The notes below the pieces were generated by a model. That model was given only the letters and a program-made list of their open reading frames with translations, made no database searches and was not told where the DNA came from. From positions 1-64,000 of the forward strand of contig JAUCBJ010006711.1 in the NCBI GenBank assembly GCA_032718475.1: 64,000 nt of DNA, written 5' to 3'. Source of the DNA: Nemertoderma westbladi (taxonomy: Eukaryota > Animalia > Xenacoelomorpha). Shown piece after piece: positions 51,001 to 63,950 of the stretch (the stretch's first letter is position 1; every line of letters starts with the position of its first letter). The position numbers and the translations under genes were made by a program.

Positions 51001-53829
51001 AGTAGTGATAGCGTTCTTTATTTCGTCAGCCAGTTTTAATAAGTCGACGGGTTTAGTAATAGCCCCTCCCTTACAGAGTTCCTCTATCACTGACCTGGCC
51101 ATGCTGACTGTACCTCCATAGATCGAAGTTAAACGATCGTACGCTAGTTCGAAGGCGTCCGGTACACCAACAAAGGTCTCTGCCAAACGTTTAGGTTCTC
51201 CTGACAACGTTTGAAGCAGGTAATTAAACTTCTCCCGTGATGTAAAGGCGCACACGGCGATCTGAGATTCGATATAGTCTACGAAAGTATGCCAGTGTTT
51301 TGAGCTACCGGAAAACTTAGGTGGTTGTTGCACCGGTAGTCCTTGTCTAGCTGCGAATTTCGCTATTTCCTCGGCAACGTTCAGAGTTTCGCGTCCTTGG
51401 TTGGTAATCTGGTTGATGTTCTCCCTTCTTGGCGCTTTTCCCTGATACGATGTGTGTTTTGAAGGTACCGGTCTTTGTGGTTCCTTCGGGTGTCTATTGT
51501 GTTCGAATTCAGTGTTCCTCGAACTATCGGTTTGAACTTCCTCCAGACGTTCCTCAATCCGGGCCAACTTGTTGACAATGTTGGCGAATTGTTGTGTACT
51601 GATTGCGTCCGTTGGTTGTAACGCCTTTTGTGTTGGTGTATTTTGTGGAGGATTGTCTACAAAGGAGTTGTCTGAACGCTTGCGTTTATATTCATCGGCC
51701 GCCCCTGTTCTAAATACCTCGCGTTTCGGGTAATCCGATTCGCTCGAAGTACTACTATCATCTGGATATGGTGGTCGACGTGTTCGCGTCCGTTGCGTCG
51801 TACGAATTCTAACGTTTCGTTTCGGAACATCATCCACTGGTCTCCGTTGTTCGGTAGGCTCACAAGTCTTCCTCGAAGTCGTAGATTGCGATGTAAACTG
51901 GTTGAACGGTCGCGTATCCACTGGTCTCCGTTGTTCGGTAGGCTCACAAGTCTTCCTCGAAGTCGTAGATTGCGATGCAAACTGGACCGGTGGTCGAATA
52001 ACCGCTTTTGAATCAACTGGCCTTGTAGGCCGAAACGTCATTGGGTATTCGTAGTGCGTAACCGGTTTAGGTGTCAAAGGTGGACTCACCTGTTTTGTCG
52101 TCAGTAGTGCAGGTCCGGTCAATAAACTACTACGATCTGTAATCGGTGGGTTACTTACCTTGACTTTCAAAATAGGCGACGACGTTGCTCTTGGCGGTGT
52201 AAACTTGTCCAGAATAACAAACCTGTGTTCCGTCGCACCATGGATAGGAGAAATATTACTACTACCAGCAGTCGAAACAGGTTCCTTAGTCGTAACCGGT
52301 GCAAACATATGAGTTACCTGTGGGAATCGTTGACACAAGTCCTTTACTAATTGTCGCTCCCGTCCGGGTGCTCCTACGCTTCCTTCCTTCTTTCGTTCCT
52401 GAATTTGGCGATGTCTTACCTCTATCTGGTCCAAGTCATGTCCGTCTCGAGATCTCATCGATCGATCGCGGGCTTGTAGATCCAGGTCTTCCTTGGCGTT
52501 GGCTAATTCTCTCGCCTTCTTCTCGAGTTCGAAACGAAGTTTAACTTCTTTCTCGCGTTGTTCCGTTTGTTGTTGTTGCGCCTCGAACTCTGCTTGTCGT
52601 ATCGCTGATTGAGCTTTTATTTGCCGTGTTTTCATTTCGGCCCGTGCTTCCGAAACTAACCTTTCTCTTTCTAATTCCGCCGCTGCCGTTTGTCGCTCTA
52701 GTTCGGCCGCTGCCGCTGCCGCTGCCGCTTGTCGCTCTAACTCGGCCGCCGCGTTTCGTCGCTCTAACTCGGCCGCCGCCGCTGCCGCTTGTCGCTCTAC
52801 CTCGGCCGCTGCCGCTGCCGCTTGTCGGGCAATGTCTACCTCTAACCTTTCTACTTCAGCTGCTTCTAATTCAGCTTGTTCCTGTAGATGAGAGATTCTT
52901 GCTATATTCGCAACGCGTAGCTTCTCTTCCTCTACTGCTGCCTGCATCACTAGAAGTTGAGCTTGTTCCTCCATTTCTCATTGTTGTCGGTAGAATTCTT
53001 GCTGTTGTCGAGCAACTTCTGACGTGACCATACTTCCCTCGCAGATTTCGCTACGAATACTTACCAACGATTGATCCAATATTCCCGTTGCCGATTCGAT
53101 TCGTACGGGTGAAGTTTCCCTCGTATATTCTGGCACGGTTTCCAAATCGCCGACGTCTTCGCCGCACATACGTAAGTGATCCGTCAGGTGTTTCAATTGT
53201 CCATCCAGTCGGTACAGTTCCTGTTCTTCCTCGGGTTGTAATAATTCGTCCGAAACTGACTCACCTAACAACTGGTCTGCTTGTTCCTGTTGTATCTGCC
53301 TAATCGTCGACTTAAACTGAATCAGTTTCTCTCTAGCGATCATTAGTTTCTCGAGGATTCTAAGTTGAGTATCCATGTCCTGTCTCTGTCTAGCTAGATC
53401 TTGTAGACCAATTAGGTTATCTACGGACTTGTGTACTCTACTTTGTACTCTAACCTGGAGGGTGTAGAACTCGAATCGAGACATCGGAGCGGTCAACTCG
53501 TCTAATATGCGTTGGCCTTCCCCAATACTCCTGGTTATATGCGCCATGTATCCTCCGACGCTTCTAACCACACTTTCTGTGCTTCCTGCTGAACTTACCA
53601 TTTCCGTTTCCCTGTATCTAGGTTGCGGAACAGTTAGAAAGTCCTCGGTCCTGCCGTCGCCTCGTACTACGGCATCCGGTACTCCCGTTGGATGTACTGG
53701 TGACGCACACGGTGTAGGTTCGGTAGGCTCGCGAGTCTTCCCCTGTTGTTCTTCCGCTGCTGACTTATCTCCGTCGCATGAGTCATAGTCGGTTTGTGTA
53801 TTCTTCGTATAGTCTTGTTTGTCACTCAT
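45031..53829 (-). pseudogene. gag-pol: BEL/Pao gag-pol in a single frame (~2930 codons) with two in-frame stops
   Basis: TGA at 52980-52978 and TAG at 47982-47980, both in frame; triple Zn knuckle, AILDSAS, RT (YYLPHH, DVEAMFHQV, FYVDD), RNase H, integrase HHCC/DDE. Confidence 0.96.
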
Positions 53830-54640
53830 TTCGGTAGTTGTAAGTCAAGTAAAGTGAGTGTCAAAGTATCAAATTTACCGTATTTATATCTAAACGGTAC
53901 TAATTACAGTCATATAAAATTAGCCTACCGGCCGATTTTATAGCAGATGGATAAAATTAGCCTAAACGGCCAATTTTACAGCAAATAAATGTCACGGAAT
54001 AAGTATATAATAAAATTAGCCTTGCGGCCAATTTTATAACAAATAAATCGGATAACGATATGCGTTATCAAAAGGGTAAATTAAATACAATAATACGGAC
54101 TAATTCAGCAATGAACAAAGAAATCATACGGAATGCATAAATACTTGAGACAGTGGAACCCACAATAATTTTAACTAATACGGTAATGCCTAACTTATTT
54201 ATGCCACTTTTCGAACTCACCCACTCCAATAATTCTCCAGAAAAACAGATTCCCAGATACAAACCGAACGTGAACCTTTCCGTTTTTAATGTTGCGGACG
54301 AAGCGCGATTTTCCCAACCAAAGTTGTTGAGTTATCTATCTCCCAAACTTGCTAAACACGGTCTTGCTCCCGTTACAGTCTAGAAATGAGTTCTGAATCC
54401 TGAAAAACAAAAGAGTTAGGTTTTACTTTTACGAAAATTTTGTACCGGTACAATATGGTATTTAAACCCTTTTTAAACACCGGTATTCAATTCCAAAAAT
54501 ATTTTACACGCGGTTCAAATCAAATTTTATTTCAAAAAATTAGCACTTAGCTAATCAAATATAAATTTTTACCTCAAAATACAAAATTTTCAAATAACTT
54601 TAGTCCTACCGAACCGTAGTTCAGTAAAACATATTCCTAC

Positions 54641-56549
54641 TAATTGGAAGAGACAGTAACAATACCTGCAATATCCTACTGTAAAGTTTGTGAATCAAAT
54701 CATAAATCCGACCTTCTCACCAAAACAGTAAACTCTAAGTAAGCGAATATATTGCAGTATCGATCTCTTATAACCGGTGAGGCAGAAAACAGTCTACGAG
54801 CAGACAAACTTCGATAAAACAAAATCCCGCGCAGCGAATCCTAAAATCAGGCTAACTCACTGACGGACTAAGGGGCTCGTATACTTTGCCGCGGTGTGAT
54901 TTATATGGTTGGGCGAAAGGGACGCTAGCTAGGTACAGAGGCAGAGATTTGGAGATGTCTAACTAGCGGGCAAAGCACAGTAAGGACAAAAGTTAATTTT
55001 ATATATTTTGAGGTGTAAATAATTTCTAACGCGCGTGTGTTAATTCTGAACGGTCAAAGCAGTTTTGCTCCTTCACATATATAATTACTGGGTACGGTGT
55101 GCATTTTACGAATATTCTAATTTTGTAACTTGTAGGTCCAATACTCACGAATGATAAGGTTCCTTCCCCTCTTGCGTATTTCCAGGACTCAAATTCAGGC
55201 ATAAGGTTAATGCTACGCCCAGAATTCGGCAATTTTAGGTACCAGGTCCCTGATACTAAGAAGAGATGTGTTAGTTTACTACTGTAGGCGTACGGTTACT
55301 AATAGCTATCCTGGCTCCTATCTAGAATTTTAGTCACCTAGGTAGGCTGGGTAACTTCCTATTAGGGCGTTGGCGGGGACACGGTAGATGTTAGTATATC
55401 CCTAATAGCCTCAATTTATTTGCGCCTAGTGTAAACTGCCCTACCGCCTGAACGGTACAATCCTAATTCAGGTGAAAACACAGCAACCCTCCTAGCCTAC
55501 AAGTTCTAATGCAATGGACACCGTCTGACTGCAAATAGTCGCACACGCACCTGTACTTAGCAAGAGTTAAGCGTACAGTTTGCTGCACCCTAACCAATGT
55601 GTATGCCTTGTACCGGTGTGCCTACGTCCTATCTGCGTACTAGTATCTGCCTGCTCCCCCCCCCCCCCCCCACCCGTAGGAATGTGAAGGTCTACTGTGG
55701 TTTTTTCCTGAATCAAGACAGTACAGTCCCTAAGATGTAATTTTGGGCTCACAGCGTGTCACTACTTCTACCTTTTGATCTTTGGTCTTACGCTTAGGTA
55801 GCAAGGCGTCGAACGCTGTCTAACCTTTCAGGCGATGGGCGAATAACTGAGATGGTATTGCGGGTTGTCTCCTGTCTACATTCCCTTGATGTTCCCGTTC
55901 ATTGCTACGGCCCGATCTCTAGCCGGCCATCCTGTTCTTAAGTGTGTTCACCGTAGTGAATCATGGTGAAAGAAAAGCAGATAGCGGTATTTCTGAATTT
56001 ATTGCAGATAATAATACAAAATGTAATCTGAATACTAATGACAGAATAAACAAATATCAGATAACTCAATATAGAGATATAAGAATCTTGAAAATTGATA
56101 ACTAATGAACAAATCGTACCTTTATATAGCAAATTTGTGCTGCAATCAATCGAGAAAATTCTCGATTGTTCTATAGGTTCTAACAGGTTTTTAAAGATAA
56201 CTATTGGTCCTGCTAATATATAACTTGCACGACATTGGATACAATCTAATAACTGCAGTCTCATTGGTTAATCTAGGTACAGACAAATGCAACTTAATTT
56301 GTAGCGGTCAATTTAAATGAGTTGAAATTCTGTACAAAAAATAATTCGCACTTACTAGGATTCGAACTCAATACCTACTACACATATAATTTCCAACGCT
56401 CTACCGACTGAGCTACTGAACCACTTGACTAAAGGTCGTACAATAGATATAACAAATACAAATGAGGACTTAAAGCAATCTTTTACAAAGTTAATTCGAA
56501 TAAAATAAAATTTTGAAAATTCACGGCATTTAGGGAATATAATTCTATA
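54641..56549 (-). repeat. 5' LTR of inner element (1909 bp), termini TATAGAATT...CCAATTA
   Basis: Boundaries set by the TSD, the PPT and the end of LTR-LTR identity; TATATAAA at 56128-56121, Inr-like TCAATT (A at 56096). Confidence 0.95.
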
Positions 56550-57277
56550 GTGGGACCTTTGTTGGCCGCCACATAGACCTACTGTATTTTAGTTATTTGT
56601 ATTTGTATTACTGTATGTGCATTTGTAATCCTCTTCACTGTAGATAGAGACAGCGGTGGAATTCCATTGTCTATACGTGAACATGGAGGGTAGTACCCTT
56701 ATGTATCACATAGGAGCGGGATTGTGTGTACAGTAGGAATAGAATTCCACTTGGAACCCACAAGTGAGACAATTTTTCAAAAATTATTAGACAAATCCAT
56801 TTATTTGGATTTAAATTTAAGAAAAACGATTCTCCAGTGAAAGCAAATTCTAGAATACAGCTAGATAAAAATTAAAATTGGGGAGGACAAGAGCGGATGG
56901 AAGGCTTGCGAGCCTACCGAAAAATTTTTTTGGAAAAGAAAATCGGCCTTGTTCTACGTAGTCGTGTCTACTATTATTTAGACCAATTAATTCTCGACTG
57001 CACTATTTTTCTTGGGAAATGTAGCATGGGAAATTAAAAGGTGAGTATTTTAGACTCGCGGGTAGTTTACCCGGAATTCGTTTTTTATCGGCACATTTTT
57101 TGGATTAGGAGCCAGTGCGAAATCACGCGAACCCGAAATCATTAGGCAAATGGGTTGGGGTTTAGAGCAGAGTTGAGCCAAAAGCCGACAAACTCTAAGT
57201 CACCTCACATCTAACCTCTATTTTGTGCTTCATCTAGTAGAAACGTAACGATATATAACCACATATATTCGTATACG

Positions 57278-60200
57278 ATGGAGAAGATGTGTAAAGAGTT
57301 ACGTCAATGGTTTACGCAAGAACAAGAGCACCAGGCGCCATTCAATCGTTATGGAGCTAAAAACTTTAGTGTGTTTGGAGTGGACAGTATGGCTAGGAGT
57401 ACGGCCAAGCTCGCTAAATCCAAGGCGGACCCGAATGTTACGCGACAGCGGTTGGACGCATACAACAAAAGAACGGAGGAATTACGCGCGGAGTTCAATG
57501 CGTTATATCCCTACGATGCGTTATGCGACGCTAGCGACATTTGCGAGGATCCAGACACCGAAATACGCCGATTGTATCATACGCTGCAATATTTGACGGT
57601 AAACGAACCCTTACCTGCAGCTAGAGACGAATTTGAAGGAATGCATCTTTATAGACGCGCTCGAGGAGCGGATCCAGAGACCAAGGACGCGTTCTCCATA
57701 TACAAACTGTTTTATAAATGTGGAGCGTGTATGCGCGAGCAAGACAACGCGATTCCTATGCGGTTGAACTCGGAGAACCCCGAGCCGATATTAGCGCGAT
57801 GTTCACACCACCAAAGTCTACGTTACCAAGAAGGTGGATACCCTTTGACAAATCCATATCATTCGTTTAAAATGAGTGGACCGAACGCGGGTGAGATCGT
57901 TATTTATGAACCCAAATTAGTCGAACCAGACGTCTACAGCAAGGTAGTGGACGAGTCTAATAAGTCGACACAAGAGAAACGGGAAGCTTTGAGCCTCTAC
58001 AGGGCGTACAAGGCGTACGAGAAAGGCGAGATTGAGGAGTTCGGCGGAAGGCTCGCGAGCCTACCATTCTATTGGATATCCCACGATCAAACCGAACCCA
58101 AGGAGATGACACCCGAGCTCTTCGATAGTATCACCTTTGCTCAGCGTTTGTCGCAGAGACTACAGATACCTCATGTCGAGATGACGCGAGAACCTCAGCC
58201 CCATTCTACTGGAGCGATAGTACCGGTTGCGAGACCAACTAGTTTTCCTATTAGTATACCGACCCGGAAGGAGACAACTTACGAGATCCCTATAGTTGAA
58301 CATCCGGAGATCATCTCGAACCTGGATTTCCTCCCATCGGTTACCTTCGGTGATGTGTTAGAGTAAGCCGAGTTGCGTAAAGTAATAGTTCAAAAAATCG
58401 TACGCAACGTGCCTCCACACATTACGGACTTTAAGGAAGTGGATCGCGCGGGGACGGATATCGCACCTTGTATCTTGCGAGGATATCTGACGAAAACGAT
58501 TCGATTATGGATCGGAGTTGGAACGTTTGAGACCGACACCGATATCGCGACCAATTGGACTGGTAAACCTATTAGTTTCGATGATGAAAAGTCGATTGGG
58601 AGAATTTGGAACCCTACCGACGATTTACTCGATGATTGGGACGTGACTAGCCAATCTCTAAAAGAGAATGGTTATATGTTTTACGATAATGAAGGAGGAA
58701 GCCATCAGCAAAGCCTCACTTCAAAGACTATACAGATTAGAGCACCAGATGGCGTGTTACATGTCTTCAGCCGACAGAGGAGTGATAGGAAGATGCCTAT
58801 GCCGGAAGGAACGACGCAAAGACACGCGATGATAAAACGGATAGTTAAATCCATGGACCTGGCTTGTAGCATAGAAGCTAGGATGTTGCCAAAGGCCGTG
58901 TGAGACGTTGTGTTAGACAAGAGCATCGTCAAGATCGGATCCGGTGTACGGGATAACCTTATTAGCGACTTTGCAGGGATGCCCACTGAAGAGGACCGAT
59001 TGCCTACGCCATACGTGGATACTAGACCATTGTTGCTTTGGGCTATTGAGCAAGGATATTTTAGGGAGTATAACACGCTAAAAACTGGGACAGGTTATAT
59101 CTCATATCTAATGTTCAGTTGGGATTACAAGGAGAGTAAGAGGAACAAATACACGGACGTATACGGAGAGGGAGATACCCCCGGCGTAAACGAGTTCGAG
59201 TCACAGTTGAAGTGGCGAGGTTGCGTGTATTGGGCGATTACTTCACCTCCACGGATAATCTTGCAATACTATTTAGCGATAGAATCTTTGGTTAACGTTT
59301 GTTTCATCGCGGACGTAGTATCCAGAACCCTAAAGCGACACCCGTTATGTCTTGGCGAAGGACATACCTTTTACAATGGAGGAAGGACGCATACTGATGT
59401 ATTCCGACAATTTCTCCAACCCTTTTATAACACCGATGCGCACTGCGAAGTTTTCACGCGAGCGGGACTTAGCGTTTTTAGGGACGTCTATCTCACTCAC
59501 GCGGGAAGTCTAGTCGACAGACCGTCGATGTTAACGTTAGTACCCTACGACGGGGAACGCCACGCGGAATTCGAACGCCCGGAAGGATCCTGGAAGGCTC
59601 GCGAGCCTACCGCCCATCCTGACGATGTGGATCCGACTGAGTTGGCGCTAATAGACGAACCGTTACGGCAACTCATAGAGATAGAGGAGAACCTTCCGAG
59701 GAAGACGCGAACTGAGATACGCGAGTTGGAGAAAAGCAATGCCATGGTTTGTGTACAACCTACGGAGACGAACATACCGACTGACCCGGATGATGAGAAT
59801 TATCACGTGGACGGTAGCGCTCGCCCCATCGGAGATCTCATCTATGAGCGAGTTTGGTATCCTGCCAACACTATTTGTGGCAGATGCGGAGCAACTGGCC
59901 ATCACGCAAAGAAGTGCGGAGCGAAGCACATATCTCTACCGGATTTAGTATGCAACTGGTGCGGGGATCAACGTTCGCACACTTTCTACACTTGCTGGCG
60001 TTTCGTGGCGCAGTGTACTTATTGTAATATTAAGGGCCATAGGGCATCCGAGTGTCAACTTAGAGACGTCCCCTATGAGCACATGTCAGTTAAAATCGTT
60101 CGACAATTATTCGACCATTGGGAGGATCTAGCAGACGAGCATGTATCGACGCAGCGACGCCGCTTCCCTATGAGAGCACATTTGGGATTTTGGGCCGTAA

Positions 60201-61031
60201 ACCCTCTCATAATGTCAAAGGAAGGATATGTATCGGCTATGCCTCAGTACGATGAATTGTTGGAGGTATTGGATATATTGCCGTTGGACAGTGGATTCAA
60301 AGTTGAGCGGGACTATTTCTTACAAGTGCACCCCGACAACAAGAATACTTGGAACTTTCAAACTGTGGTGAACAAGATTACCGCCGGAGAATTCGATAAA
60401 CTGCGAGTTGAACAGCGGAATCGAGGAGCCTGGCATTCGATAGCTTGGGCATACCGGAGCGCATTTTATCACAAACGCGTAACCTCGTGCATTCTGGACG
60501 AGACCGACGTTTTGCGTGAGACTGGCTTCAAGGCCACGCCGTTAGCAGAGAAGACGCGTCACCCACAGGATGATCAGCAATTTCGTATACTCAAAGCCCA
60601 GAAGGCCGGACAAGAGATTAAGAAGATAGTGAATGTCGCCGAGAGGACGACATCGAAGTCGCAAATCCGGATGACTCGGGGCACGGTTTCCCTTGCTAGA
60701 GAACCACGCGGAGGGACAGGATACGCTTTGACTGAACCCATTAGGATTCAAACGACGTCAGAGAGCGAGGTGTCAGCGGACGGAACAGTCCCACCCTTTC
60801 GACTTCCTGTAGAGAACTGTAGAGACTCGATCCGATGTTAAGCCGACAGTTGGAATCGGACGAGGATTTAGAGGATTGAGCGCACGACGGATGTGCGAAA
60901 CTCCCGTCGTCCCCTTTCCTAGCGTTTTGGAACCACCGACGACTCGACGCCGATGTCCGAGCCCAGTTCGACCTCGACCACCCCCCAATCGCACTAGAGG
61001 ACGTGGACGAGCCCGCTCAGCAAAGGAATAG
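57278..61031 (+). pseudogene. ORF3 of outer element: DEDDy-like exonuclease, three CCHC knuckles, RG tail; disrupted
   Basis: Pieces starting 57278, 58373 and 58910 are in one frame with stops at 58364 and 58901; frameshift at ~60820; C-terminus ...RGRGRARSAKE* ends at 61031; homologous to 40649-44369. Confidence 0.82.
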
Positions 61032-61065
61032 AAAGCGAGGAGAAGGAAGGCTTGCGAGCCTACCG

Positions 61066-61145
61066 ATTTGGATATCTTATTTGGATATTATATTTGGATA
61101 TTTTATTTGGATATTATATTTGGATATTTATATTGGACATTATGT
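61066..61145. repeat. ~12-13 bp repeat (TTGGATATTATAT-like) in outer 3' UTR
   Basis: About 6 tandem copies lying between two palindrome motifs. Confidence 0.8.
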
Positions 61146-61664
61146 TTGAATGTTGGGTTTGGAGGAGCGAGATATGGAAAGGAAGGCTTGCGAGCCTACC
61201 GTTAGCAATTAGTGCTCAGGAGAAGATATCCAGACCAGCAGGACGAACTTTTAAGATCATCAAGAGGACTCGTTAAGACTCATTTTATTCACGTTATTAG
61301 CGCATTGTGTTTATATTATATTTGAACTGATTTAATTTGGTGAAGGTTTATTATGTATATTTACAATATATAAAGATTTATCGAAAGAGTTACAATTATT
61401 TGTTCGATTTGTTTTGATTTATTTGTTCTGATTTGTTTAATTTGCTTACCTTGATAACCGAAAGCCCTTTTTGTATTTTAGGCACTAAAGTTAATTAGTA
61501 AATTTGTATTTGTATGTACGATCGATTGTATTTACGCCGTATCTGCAATATTAAGTATGCAATAATTAGATAGTGATTATATTCTATATTTTAGGCCCTA
61601 CCAGTAGATTTAGAAGTAGTTTGTAAATATTTTATATTTCGATTGGTGAAAACAGTCTTACTTA

Positions 61665-61681
61665 CTGTTTTCATGGAGCGG
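61665..61681 (+). promoter_or_regulatory. PPT position of outer element (CTGTTTTCATGGAGCGG)
   Basis: Abuts the TG of the 3' LTR at 61682. Confidence 0.75.
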
Positions 61682-63950
61682 TGATAAATTATTTCACTAT
61701 AAGGTAGCATTTGTAGTTTAACTTTAACGTAAAAACTTTCGAAAATCCGACGCATTTTGATTAAGTTACAGTAATGTAATATTGCCTATTCATATTTGTA
61801 CACATAAAACCCTTAGGTACTCTCATGGCATAGTGGTCAGATGGTTAAGGCGTTGGTTACATTACAGATAGGTTACGAGTTCGAATCCCGGTCGGGAAAT
61901 TTGTATTTTGGGGCCATTTATTTTTCATTCGGTGCTAATTGGTGGACCAATGAGAAGCGTACAACGTAGCGAGAGATGAGCCAGGCCAATCATAGGGCAT
62001 AAATTATCTTATTGCTCAAATGTGAGGCAATGGAAAATTCTGTTAGGATTCCATGTCCCAGATTAGTGTAAGGGCCGGATTGCGTTGAACGATGAGCTGG
62101 GCCAATCATAGGGCATAAAGCACTTTATTGCTCAAATGTGAAGCTGTGGAAAATTCTGTTTGGTTTCCATGTGCGATATTTAGTATAAAAGGCCGGTTTG
62201 CCTTCGGTTATCACTTCTACTTCTTGTAAAATTTACCCTTCTTAGTTTATTTGGTTTCTTGTTGAAACTTTGTTTGATAAATCCTTTGTAAAACTGTAAA
62301 TATACTGCAAATTCCTGAACATGTTTTCTTTTGGTCCAACTTTGGGACAGCCAAACATCGGGAAGATGGCAGCCTAGACCGTTAGGCCGTCAGCAACGCA
62401 GGGAAAAGATGTCCACAACACGCTAGCACCCACATTGGATTGACCGCGCACCCCCTTTGCCCTTCGAAATGCTCAACTTGCCATGCAGCGCCCGCTTTGT
62501 GAGAAAGGTAAGACTTTGTTCGACGCCCTTGCCCGCCGTAAGACCTATAGATCAGGGTAAGCGTGACGCCGTCCTGGACGCCGCAAATTTAGGATCAAAT
62601 AATTATATTCAGACAGAAACACCCCCCCCCCCCCCCCCTTTTGTCAGTCCTACGAACCCCTGGGTTAACCTGTACTTCCTACAGGTGCGAACTATTGCCA
62701 TTCGTCAGTACGCGAGTACATAGGTACGGACAGCATATGTTCCATAATTTAGTGATTCGTAGTACTGACTGTTTGGTACCAGTTCGCTTTGTAGAACGTA
62801 CATTAGTACCCCCCCCCCCCCCCCCCCCTGTCTGGAGTTAGCTATTTGATCAGGCAAGGAGTATTTCTGCTACCGGCACACTGCTTGGCCTAGGGAGGTT
62901 TTATTAATATCCTACCGCGCCTTGCCACGTACTGATAGGTATTGCTGCTAACTACCGCAGCAACAAAGTTCTAGAATTAAATTAGTATACCAGATCAGCT
63001 AGCGTACGGTAGCGATTAACCCCTATTTCTTATCTTACAACCAGAATCTGGTAGTAGTGCCGATCACGGGTGTAGTTACTATACCGTGGTTGCCCATTGG
63101 GTTGTGGATAGGAAGGAGAGAGCTTTGACGTCATTTGTGAGTATAAAGTTCTACAAAACGCGACTAGTTTATTTTAGTAGTTAGCACACGGTATCATTTC
63201 GGTCAGAAAATCACTAAAACCTAGTAAAAAGGAAATACACGAAATTGTTTTATTTGTAACACACCCACACACACACGCCCTAAATCATATTCGCCCTTAG
63301 AGTTATACTAGCTATAGCGCACTATACATTATTTTAGGTAGAAATTATCTGTATTTGTAAAATTAGGATCTGATATTTAGTTACGGCAAGAAGGAGTATT
63401 TCACTTTCGTTATTAAACTGTTGTTTTCTGCGCAGCAGTATTGTTACATTTAGGCCTGACCCTTTAGACTGATTTCGTACAGGGGGATCAGTTATTGTTA
63501 CATTAGGCACGACCCCTTTCGACTGATTTAGGACTGAATCAGTGTTGTTACGCTAGGTCTGTTAACCCACTAGCTCGTATATAAACCATATAAATCACAC
63601 CGCGGCAAGTTACTGTATTTAGGACTGTCAGTGATAGTTAGGATTCGCTGCGCGGGGATTGTTTTCCCGTGAGTTTGGTCTGTTACTGTAACTGTACATC
63701 TGCCTCACCGGTTAGAGGACAGGTATCCTTTTGTCTAGTACGTAGGCATTAGACCCGCTCACGTACATAGAATAGATACTAGGCTCTGTTCCTCGCCAGT
63801 AGTCGTTTGTGTATTGTATCTGTTTGTTTAGATATCCTGGACTGGGATTTGTTGTCAGATACTGTACGAGCCCGTATACATTACTAGAGTCTCATAGTAA
63901 GATACATCGTTACTAGGATCTGGTAAGCGGTATACTACTGGACCCTTACA
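61682..63950 (+). repeat. 3' LTR of outer element (2269 bp)
   Basis: TGATAAATT...CCCTTACA followed by the GAAGT TSD. Confidence 0.96.

Larger units (their letters stand above)
37874..56549 (-). mobile_element. BEL/Pao LTR retrotransposon, inner nested element (18.7 kb, opposite orientation)
   Basis: Paired 1.91 kb LTRs; TSD GTGGG at 37869-37873 and 56550-56554; gag-pol and ORF3 on the minus strand. Confidence 0.96.
25745..63950 (+). mobile_element. BEL/Pao LTR retrotransposon, outer element (defective; ~19.5 kb without the nested insert)
   Basis: TG...CA LTRs; 5-bp TSD GAAGT at 25740-25744 and 63951-63955; satellite in register on both sides; BEL-type gag/PR/RH/IN. Confidence 0.96.
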
